Source of the DNA: an uncultured bacterium
Lineage (GTDB): Bacteria > Cyanobacteriota > Vampirovibrionia > Gastranaerophilales > Gastranaerophilaceae
Direction: 5' to 3'
Length of the DNA: 64,000 nt
NCBI GenBank assembly: GCA_900551965.1
Contig: URYF01000002.1
Coordinates: forward strand, 810 to 64,809
Shown here: one piece after another, positions 47,631 to 54,962 of the stretch
Layout: each line of letters begins with the position of its first letter
Numbering within the stretch: position 1 is the stretch's first letter
Notes under the pieces: generated by a model
The model's input: the letters and a program-made list of their open reading frames with translations, nothing else
What the model was told of the DNA's origin: nothing
Databases searched by the model: none
Translations under genes and position numbers: made by a program

Positions 47631-48800
47631 TTAAATATAATTTAACGGATTTGTAGGTTTTCCGTTTACACGAACCTCAAAGTGACAGTGAGGTCCGGTA
47701 CTGTATCCTGTCGAACCCTCACGTCCGATTTGTTGTCCTTTTTTAACATTTTGTCCGTTACTTACCGTAATCGCAGACATGTGACCATATAATGTAGTAA
47801 TAGGCTTGCCATTGATTACACCATGATCTAAAATTACAACCTTTCCGTATCCGCCATACCAACCGGAATAGATAACTCTGCCATCATTAGAGGCTTTAAT
47901 TGCTCCTCCGTTTGGTCCGCCGATATCAATTCCTGAGTGGAAAATACGGCTTTTGAATATAGGGTGTGTCCTCCAGCCAAATGGAGATGTGATAGGACCT
48001 GATATCGGATAAATAAACCCGGTTGAAGAAACTTTTACAGGAGATGAACCTGATGAAGCATTCTTTTTAGTAAGACTTGCAATCATATTTTGAATACTTG
48101 CGGATTGTCTTGCCAATTCACGTTCTGAACGCTCATAGTAATTTTTGTCTTTTTGAAGACGGTTTATCATGTTCTTATTTTCAGCAATTGATCCTTGAAT
48201 TGTCGCCCTTTGGTTATTAATATCACGTATTGAAGCTTCTACCATTCTTTTTTGGTTTTCAACCTGAGTCTTTAAAACAGCTATTTCATTCGCTTTAGCT
48301 TTCACTGCCTGCATTCTTTTATAATCGTCCTGAATAACAAGCTTTTCAAAATAGAACATATCCATTAAAGTGTTAACATCACTTGCTGATAAAATCAATT
48401 CAAACATTCCTGAGCGCTGATGCTTATATACCTGACGAATTCTGGATTTCATAGCAGCATCAATACTTCTGAATTCATAAATTGCGGTATTTAACTGTTG
48501 TTCCATCGCATTAAGATTCGACATCAACGAATTATACTTTTGAGTCGTTGTCCTAAGTTCAACCTGAGCCTTTTCAAGCTTTTGCTGGTTATTACTTAAT
48601 TTATTACGCTCCGTACGAAGCTTCAAATCGGCCTGACGTTTTTTCTGCTGGAAATAAACCCTTTTATTATTTGTTTGGTTCAATTTTTGGGTAAGTGAAG
48701 ATTTTGACTGCGCAGCATAAACCGATGCGGCAGATACACCCATAACCCCAACTAAAATCCAACATATAAATATATTTTTTAGTACATTTTTTAAATTCAT
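47631..48800 (-). CDS. M23 peptidase with N-terminal coiled coil (EnvC-like)
   Basis: Signal/anchor, long Q/K/N-rich coiled coil, LytM domain 'HSGIDIGG', 'LYGHMS', 'STGYSTGPHCHFEVRVNG'. Confidence 0.85.
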   Translation of the reverse strand: MNLKNVLKNIFICWILVGVMGVSAASVYAAQSKSSLTQKLNQTNNKRVYFQQKKRQADLKLRTERNKLSNNQQKLEKAQVELRTTTQKYNSLMSNLNAMEQQLNTAIYEFRSIDAAMKSRIRQVYKHQRSGMFELILSASDVNTLMDMFYFEKLVIQDDYKRMQAVKAKANEIAVLKTQVENQKRMVEASIRDINNQRATIQGSIAENKNMINRLQKDKNYYERSERELARQSASIQNMIASLTKKNASSGSSPVKVSSTGFIYPISGPITSPFGWRTHPIFKSRIFHSGIDIGGPNGGAIKASNDGRVIYSGWYGGYGKVVILDHGVINGKPITTLYGHMSAITVSNGQNVKKGQQIGREGSTGYSTGPHCHFEVRVNGKPTNPLNYI

Positions 48801-48810
48801 AATATTTAAG

Positions 48811-48915
48811 TTATTTTACCAACAAAGGCAACAGCATCAATCCTACAGTCCAAGCTAAAAATGAAATACTTATAACTAATATAATCGCCTTTTGATGTTT
48901 TCTGAAAAATTCCAT
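48811..48915 (-). CDS. possible 34-aa small membrane protein
   Basis: Not in the ORF track (<60 aa). ATG preceded by AAGGGGAG. MEFFRKHQKAIILVISISFLAWTVGLMLLPLLVK. Stops 10 nt before the M23 gene start. Confidence 0.35.
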   Translation of the reverse strand: MEFFRKHQKAIILVISISFLAWTVGLMLLPLLVK

Positions 48916-49053
48916 AATATCTCCCCTTATATGACAATATATTACTATCAAAAAAAACATTGTGCAAGAATTTGAAACATATTTTAACTTAACAATAAGA
49001 AAAATGAACTTTTTTAGTTTATAATCGTTATAAGAGTATAGAGGTTAATAAAA

Positions 49054-49398
49054 ATGAAAGACAAATGCACAAAATATGAAGCCCTGTTTACTTTTCGCTC
49101 GGAGGATGAGTTACTTGAACACATCCAAAGCTGTGACGATTGCAAAAAAGAACACGAAAAAATGTTAAAGGTTTCCGAACTTATTCAAGAAGCAAAGCCT
49201 TACATTAGAGAAAAACGTAAAAATTTTGCAAAAGTAAAAGTTGCTTGTGCATTGTTTATGCTTATGGTCAGCGGAACAACTCTTGGTGTAATCAATTTTA
49301 ATACCGACGTTTCCGATACCTTGAAATACGGAACAACTTTAAGTTCTGAGGATTTAGGGCTGCCTGTAGACTCTTATGGGTTAATTTACATAGAATAG
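49054..49398 (+). CDS. anti-sigma factor (zinc-binding HxxxCxxC type, single TM)
   Basis: 'HIQSCDDC' equals the H-x3-C-x2-C motif. TM 'VACALFMLMVSGTTLGVI'. Immediately upstream of an ECF sigma gene. Confidence 0.65.
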   Translation: MKDKCTKYEALFTFRSEDELLEHIQSCDDCKKEHEKMLKVSELIQEAKPYIREKRKNFAKVKVACALFMLMVSGTTLGVINFNTDVSDTLKYGTTLSSEDLGLPVDSYGLIYIE

Positions 49399-49410
49399 CA
49401 GAATGGTTTG

Positions 49411-49908
49411 ATGGATCTAAACAAAGTAATAGAATCAAATAAACAGAATATTAAAAACATCATACGACTTATTACAAAAGAAGATAACGAAGATTTGGAA
49501 CAGGAAGTATATGTTAAAATCTGGAAAAATTCAGAAAAATATAAAGAACAAGGCTCAATAAAAAGCTGGATTTCTTCTATTACCAAAAATACATCTCTTG
49601 ATTATTTAAAATCCGCATACAGAAAAGTTTCGCAAACCTCAACTTCTGATGATCTTGTTATTTCTAATATAAAAGATAAAAAGATTTCACCCGAAGACAA
49701 CATAATAAAACTTGAACGCCAGAAAAAAATTGCCGCCGCAATTAATGAACTAAAACCAAAATTTAAAGAAGTAATTCTTATCTGCGAAATAAACGGATAC
49801 ACATACGAAGAATGCGCAAAAAAATTAAAATGTCCGTTAGGAACCGTAAAATCCAGAATTTACAATGCAAAAAAAGAACTGGCTGAAAAACTACAAGATT
49901 TAATGTAA
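49411..49908 (+). CDS. ECF (group 4) sigma-70 family factor
   Basis: Region 2 'DLEQEVYVKIWKN...SWISSITKNTSLDYLK'. Region 4 'YTYEECAKKLKCPLGTVKSRIYNAKKEL'. TTG 49408 or ATG 49411. Confidence 0.85.
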   Translation: MDLNKVIESNKQNIKNIIRLITKEDNEDLEQEVYVKIWKNSEKYKEQGSIKSWISSITKNTSLDYLKSAYRKVSQTSTSDDLVISNIKDKKISPEDNIIKLERQKKIAAAINELKPKFKEVILICEINGYTYEECAKKLKCPLGTVKSRIYNAKKELAEKLQDLM

Positions 49909-49930
49909 AAAGATAATAAGGAAGGATAAA

Positions 49931-50503
49931 ATGAAAAAAACACTATCATTATCACTGCTGTTACTATCAACAATCATTACAATGAATACATGCTCTGCTC
50001 AAGTGCCATCAGCTGAAAATCCGCCAACTGCAGCTAATTCTGTTATGCATCAGCATCCATCAAGAGAACAGATGAGAAAACAATTTGAGCAAAGACTAAA
50101 TCTTAGTGAAAAACAAAAAGAAAAAGCTAAAATTATTCATCAGCAAGGTCGTGAGGAGATGAGACCAGTTATTATGCAGCTTAAACTTAAACGGCAAGAA
50201 ATTGAAACCGTAAAATTAACAAGAATTTCTGAAAAAATGCAAAAAGAAAGAATCGACCAATTAAATATCGAGATAAAAGAACTTGAAAAACAGGCTCAAG
50301 AGATTAGGAAGAAAAATTCCCAAGATTTTGAAAAAATATTAAATAAAAAGCAAAAAGCTGAACTTGAAAAAATGAAAGCCGAGGGACGTGCAAGATTTGA
50401 ACAATTCCACAAGCCCCGCCCGCCATTCCAAGGCTTAGGTTCGCCAAGTCTTATGCTCAAACCGCTTATCGCCCCGCCACCGGAAAACAATTTATGGAAA
50501 TAA
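49931..50503 (+). CDS. periplasmic Spy/CpxP-family (LTxxQ) protein
   Basis: Signal peptide 'MKKTLSLSLLLLSTIITMNTCSA'. LTxxQ-like 'LNLSEKQKEKAKIIHQQ' and 'LNKKQKAELEKM'. Helical, K/E/Q-rich. Confidence 0.65.
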   Translation: MKKTLSLSLLLLSTIITMNTCSAQVPSAENPPTAANSVMHQHPSREQMRKQFEQRLNLSEKQKEKAKIIHQQGREEMRPVIMQLKLKRQEIETVKLTRISEKMQKERIDQLNIEIKELEKQAQEIRKKNSQDFEKILNKKQKAELEKMKAEGRARFEQFHKPRPPFQGLGSPSLMLKPLIAPPPENNLWK

Positions 50504-50504
50504 T

Positions 50505-50537
50505 AAAAAAGAAGGATGAAATATCCTTCTTTTTTTC
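50505..50537 (+). terminator. rho-independent terminator
   Basis: AAAAAAGAAGGAT-gaaat-ATCCTTCTTTTTT directly after the stop at 50503. Confidence 0.8.
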
Positions 50538-50582
50538 ATTAATAGCAATTTTTTTCTTTTTCAAACGTTATTATTAATAACA

Positions 50583-51830
50583 ATGATTAATTCAACAATA
50601 CAAAACTCAATACTTAACTCTCTATACGGGAAAACTAACGCAAACCTGTATATGAGTTATGCTAAAAATTCGACCACAAACCCTTATGTTAACAATTCGT
50701 TAAAAAAACAACCAGTCGAAGACAAATTTATAGAAAACCGAACTGATTTAGATACAAAAAGAAATCGTGAAAAAATAGCAATCGCAGCTATGGTTCCGGC
50801 ACTTATTGCCCTTAGTGTATTCGCGATAAAACCAACTTCAGCAAAACCTTTCACAAACATCGCAGAACACATCGACTTTATAAATGCGGATACACTTAAA
50901 GATGCAATAACATTTGCAAAAAGGAACTGGGGAATTGATATAAAAGAGATTAATAACCTTGACGTCGCAAACTGGGTAAATCTCAGCCTTACAAAATTAT
51001 CAAATGTTTTGAAAGGTAAATTCACCCCGCCGGCGACAATACATTATCGAGATATACCAAAAGCACCTAAAGACGAACTTACATTAGCTGAAATTGTATG
51101 TTCATCCAGGGAAATGACCCTTAATAAAAATTTTTTCGAAAATATCGATTCTGATATAAGTAAAACTTTCAAAATGATGACAGAACTGAGTTATATTATA
51201 AAAGGCTGGCAAAGCGACGAAACTTTCAAACTTATGGACTTTTATTCTAAAAAATATCCGGAGCTGACTGACTTATTGAAAAAATTCATAAAAGATAAAA
51301 ATGAACTCAAGTTCTGTGAAAAGATGGATCTAAGAAACGCTCTGGACGATATGGTTGACAGAATAAAAAACGTCTATAATGTTCCTAAAGATATTCAAAC
51401 TCAAATATTTCAAGACAAATCTAATGTTGGCACAAGTATGCTGCCACACAATTTAAAAATGTTTAAAATTATTGAAAGTTTAATCGGCTCAAAATACATG
51501 CAGGAAAACTTCATAACCGAATTAAACTCCGGCGGTAATGCAATATTTCATGAAATCGGACATCTTCAGCATTATTATAATTTTGCAACACCAAAAGGCT
51601 ATTCTAACCTGCGCCGCCCAACCGATGGCGAATCTCCCACCATTTTAGTTAAGGAGTTTTTAGAAAATAACGAATATCAAAAAATAGCCGGCAAAGTAAG
51701 CGATTATGCAAAAACAGCTCCGGGTGAATTTGTTGCAGAAGTATATGCCAAATTAATTGATAACATAAAAATGCCAAAAGATGTTATGGATTTATACAAA
51801 AAATATAACGGAGTAATTCCGCAAATCTAG
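50583..51830 (+). CDS. membrane-anchored protein with HExxH zinc-metalloprotease motif
   Basis: 415 aa. TM 'IAIAAMVPALIALSVFAI' after a ~65-aa N-terminal region. 'AIFHEIGHLQH', and a downstream 'GEFVAEVYA' that could supply the third ligand. No family recognised. Confidence 0.55.
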   Translation: MINSTIQNSILNSLYGKTNANLYMSYAKNSTTNPYVNNSLKKQPVEDKFIENRTDLDTKRNREKIAIAAMVPALIALSVFAIKPTSAKPFTNIAEHIDFINADTLKDAITFAKRNWGIDIKEINNLDVANWVNLSLTKLSNVLKGKFTPPATIHYRDIPKAPKDELTLAEIVCSSREMTLNKNFFENIDSDISKTFKMMTELSYIIKGWQSDETFKLMDFYSKKYPELTDLLKKFIKDKNELKFCEKMDLRNALDDMVDRIKNVYNVPKDIQTQIFQDKSNVGTSMLPHNLKMFKIIESLIGSKYMQENFITELNSGGNAIFHEIGHLQHYYNFATPKGYSNLRRPTDGESPTILVKEFLENNEYQKIAGKVSDYAKTAPGEFVAEVYAKLIDNIKMPKDVMDLYKKYNGVIPQI

Positions 51831-52153
51831 TTATCCATTTGATTTTTGCGAGCTTCTTCATCTTTTATAAACTGACAAAGCTCTTCAAGGCGCTTATCTT
51901 CCATTGCATCAATAAGACTCTGGATATCAGTAAACTTGCCAAGAGCAAAGCCGGTTTCTGCAATCAATACACAGTCGTTACACAAGCGATAATCCCCGTA
52001 CTGAATAGAACCTGCAAGGCATTTATTTTTACCGCAGCAATCACAGTCAAAAAAATCATTGGCTATATCAGGATTTTCTTCCAGATCATCAATAACCATC
52101 TGCGCAGCAACCTGCTGCATTTCTGTAATAATTTCTTCGTTTGTTTTTTTCAT
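51827..52153 (-). CDS. small acidic Cys-rich protein
   Basis: 108 aa. 'CDCCGKNKC...RLCNDC'. Directly downstream of pdxJ on the same strand. The antisense ORF 51839..52201 has non-coding-like composition. Confidence 0.55.
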   Translation of the reverse strand: MKKTNEEIITEMQQVAAQMVIDDLEENPDIANDFFDCDCCGKNKCLAGSIQYGDYRLCNDCVLIAETGFALGKFTDIQSLIDAMEDKRLEELCQFIKDEEARKNQMDN

Positions 52154-52164
52154 ACTCTGACACC

Positions 52165-52875
52165 TTACTTAACCAGATTAGCCATATCTTTTACCGCCTG
52201 AGCAAGCCCCGTAAATACAGCACGTGAAACAATACTGTGCCCGATATTTAACTCATGCAAATCCTGAATTTGGCGCATTCTATGAACATTTTGATAATTC
52301 AAACCATGTCCGGCATTGACTTTTAGCCCCAAAGCATGAGCCAATCTTGAAGCTTCACGAAGTTTTTCAAACTCCTCCTGTTCATCAGGTGTGCCGTAAG
52401 CTATTGAATACTGACCTGTATGAAGTTCAACAAATTGCGCACCGGTTTTAGCAGCCGCACGAATTTGCTCATGTGACGGATCAATAAATAAGCTTACCTG
52501 TATTCCGGCATCAGTTAACGGAGCTATAAACTTAATCATCTTGTTCAACCTGCTAACAACGTCCAGCCCGCCTTCTGTTGTGACTTCTTGACGCTTTTCC
52601 GGCACAAGACATACAGAATAAGGTTTTATATCAAGCGCAATCTTTTGCATCTCATCGGTTACTGCCATTTCAAGATTAAGCCTTGTTTTAAGAGTTTTAA
52701 TAAGTGTTCTTACATCTTTATCTTTGATATGTCTTCTATCTTCTCTTAAATGAGTTGTAATAGAAGCTGCACCATTAGCTTCACAAATCTCAGCCGCAAG
52801 AATCGGGTCCGGCTCAAATCCGCCTCTGGCATTTCTCAACGTAGCAATATGATCTATATTCACTCCTAAAAGCAT
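52165..52875 (-). CDS. pdxJ: pyridoxine 5'-phosphate synthase
   Basis: 'LGVNIDHIATLRNARG', 'THLREDRRHI', 'LNLEMA', 'VSLFIDP', 'VELHTG', 'VNAGHGLNY', 'ELNIGHSIV'. Confidence 0.92.
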   Translation of the reverse strand: MLLGVNIDHIATLRNARGGFEPDPILAAEICEANGAASITTHLREDRRHIKDKDVRTLIKTLKTRLNLEMAVTDEMQKIALDIKPYSVCLVPEKRQEVTTEGGLDVVSRLNKMIKFIAPLTDAGIQVSLFIDPSHEQIRAAAKTGAQFVELHTGQYSIAYGTPDEQEEFEKLREASRLAHALGLKVNAGHGLNYQNVHRMRQIQDLHELNIGHSIVSRAVFTGLAQAVKDMANLVK

Positions 52876-52887
52876 ATCTTATCCTTT

Positions 52888-54228
52888 CTAAAATTTCATT
52901 TTACTCAGTTTTAATAAAGCAGTATAAGAAGGAAGGATCGTAATCCTTTCTTTATTATCCTCTATATTGGCAACAATTTCAACTGCTGTTTTAAGATTTT
53001 CTTCAACAATAATTCTATCTTGCGCAATACCGGCATATTTAAGCCTTAATGCCATATCTTTTGCCCTGATTCCTGAAGTTACAATAGTTTTTTTTGCACC
53101 TTTTAACCGTTCAAAATCAGTATCCCAAAGCCAGGAGATATCTCTGCCATCTGCGTAATTATCATTTATTGCAATAACAATATTGGAATCAAGATCCACT
53201 GTTTTCAAGACTTCACTGGCACCTGTAGGGTTTTTAATAAGCTGAATTAAAGTATCATGTCCTTTTATAACACGCCTTTCAGCACGTCCAAAAATAGAAT
53301 TGTATGATGAAACAGCATCTTTAATAACTTCATAATCAACACCGAAAGCAAGAGCAGCGGCTACAGCCCCAAGCGCGTTGTATGCGTTATAAAGCCCGAC
53401 AAGGTTCACCCTGAAGCTATATGTCATATCTTTATAGCAAACTTCTAAATCTGAATAATCTGCAAAAATCTTAACCCTGGCTTTAAAATCCGGATTAGGA
53501 CGGTTATATCCGCAATTTTCACAGTAATAATGACCTTCTTGTGCGAAAAATTGTTTTGAATATTTTAAAGGGCTCCCGCAAATACAATTAAAAACTTCTG
53601 TAGGTGCATTAGAAGATGAATTGTGAATATCTGAACAAAATTCAACATCTTCAAACCCGTAATACAAAGCCTTTGAATCCTTACCAAATGTTGTAACAAG
53701 AGGATCATCTGCGTTCAAAATCAAAGTAAGATCTTTATTTTTGTCTATCGCATTTTGGATAAAGCTTGCAGTAGTAGAAAGTTCACCATATCTGTCAAGT
53801 TGATCTCTAAAAAGGTTTGTCACAAGCAGAAAATCCGCATTAAAATAATCATAAAGCTTTGTCAAATAAGCCTCATCAGATTCTATAACAGCATAATCAA
53901 ACTTTCTAAAAGGTAAAATATTCAGTGCAAAAACATTAGCAACACCGGTCAGCATATTTGCACCTTTAACGTTATGAATAACCTTATTTTTATCAGCTTC
54001 CAAAATATGAGCCAAAAGCCCTGATGTCGTAGTTTTACCGTTAGTTCCGGTAATCGTTGCGGCATGTCCTGAGGCTACATATTTTCGACAATACTTTAAA
54101 AAATCAGGACAAATTTTCAAGGTCATCATTCCTACAAAAGAAGTCCCTGAGGATTTGTTTAGCAGTCTTATTGCCAGATAAATAAGCCTTGCACATATTA
54201 AAGCTGTATAAAATCGGATTATATTCAT
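52888..54228 (-). CDS. murT: Mur ligase-family lipid II isoglutaminyl synthase subunit MurT
   Basis: 'ITGTNGKTTTSGLLAHIL', 'VTNLFRDQLDRYGE', Cys-rich ribbon 'CICGSPL...YYCENCG', DUF1727-type C-terminus 'NDNYADGRDISWLWDTDFE...SGIRAKDMALRLKYAG'. Colinear with S. aureus MurT as I recall it. Confidence 0.85.
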   Translation of the reverse strand: MNIIRFYTALICARLIYLAIRLLNKSSGTSFVGMMTLKICPDFLKYCRKYVASGHAATITGTNGKTTTSGLLAHILEADKNKVIHNVKGANMLTGVANVFALNILPFRKFDYAVIESDEAYLTKLYDYFNADFLLVTNLFRDQLDRYGELSTTASFIQNAIDKNKDLTLILNADDPLVTTFGKDSKALYYGFEDVEFCSDIHNSSSNAPTEVFNCICGSPLKYSKQFFAQEGHYYCENCGYNRPNPDFKARVKIFADYSDLEVCYKDMTYSFRVNLVGLYNAYNALGAVAAALAFGVDYEVIKDAVSSYNSIFGRAERRVIKGHDTLIQLIKNPTGASEVLKTVDLDSNIVIAINDNYADGRDISWLWDTDFERLKGAKKTIVTSGIRAKDMALRLKYAGIAQDRIIVEENLKTAVEIVANIEDNKERITILPSYTALLKLSKMKF

Positions 54229-54314
54229 AAAATAGTCCTTTAGACGTATTCAAAAAACTCTTCTAATAATATATTATATTTCTAATATAATACAAAAGTA
54301 AGAAAAGTTGAAAG

Positions 54315-54668
54315 ATGTTGACTCTATTTTTTACAATAATATTTATTGCAGAATTAATCGTTGCAGGCTGGATAATATCAGGCATAATCAAACTTGATAA
54401 AATTGTACTTTCCAAAAATCAAGAAGTATTAAATTTTCAGCCGATACTAAAAGATCAATTACAGAAAACTAAATCTATAATTGATATAGCCGGGCTAAGC
54501 CTTGATTATTTTGTTACATTCATTGCTGAACAAAAAGAAAACTGCGTAATATTAATAAAGAAAAATATTATTGCATCAATACTGTTTTTAATATTAAAAA
54601 TCCCCGGAAAGCAGATTTTTACAATTGTTGATTTGATTTTTGCTGTAAAAAAAATCTTTCAGGGATAA
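54315..54668 (+). CDS. hypothetical small membrane protein
   Basis: 117 aa with N- and C-terminal hydrophobic helices. No family recognised. Confidence 0.45.
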   Translation: MLTLFFTIIFIAELIVAGWIISGIIKLDKIVLSKNQEVLNFQPILKDQLQKTKSIIDIAGLSLDYFVTFIAEQKENCVILIKKNIIASILFLILKIPGKQIFTIVDLIFAVKKIFQG

Positions 54669-54689
54669 ATCTATAAACCTAACCTTTCT

Positions 54690-54905
54690 GTCATCGCCAA
54701 AGCCCTCGCAGAACGAAGTACTATGCCACCAATTGCCTTAGGTTTTGAATTAGGGTTTTTCTTCATCGGTCACCCTGAACTCGTTTCAGGGTCTGATTTA
54801 GATTTCGAAACAAGTTCGGAATGACATACTTTGATCTCTTTCTCTTTCGACATTTGGGAGAAAGCTGGTGTGAGGGGCGGCTCGGACAGAACACCTCGTA
54901 ATGGC
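54690..54905. repeat. cluster of four short hairpin/palindromic repeat units
   Basis: Units: GTCATCGCC...CGAAGTA (54690-54722), GTCACCCTGAA-ctcgt-TTCAGGGTCTG (54769-54795), GATTTCGAAACAAGTTCGGAATGAC (54801-54825), CTCGGACAGAACACCTCGTAATGGC (54881-54905). Two face forward and two face reverse. They generate the spurious ORF 54763..54954. Confidence 0.7.
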
Positions 54906-54916
54906 ATATCAATAAT

Positions 54917-54943
54917 AAAAGCCCTTCATTAAGAAGGGCTTTT
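54917..54943. terminator. bidirectional rho-independent terminator
   Basis: AAAAGCCCTTC-attaa-GAAGGGCTTTT with A/T runs on both sides, between convergent transcription units. Confidence 0.8.
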
Positions 54944-54962
54944 ATTATTTTCAAATTATAAA

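Noticed and set aside
54763-54954. 63-aa minus-strand ORF in the spacer upstream of the pilin-like gene stop.
   Set aside because: It is composed of the translated hairpin repeat units (...VIPNLFRNLNQTLKRVQGDR) and runs through the terminator hairpin, so I treat it as a repeat artefact, not a gene.
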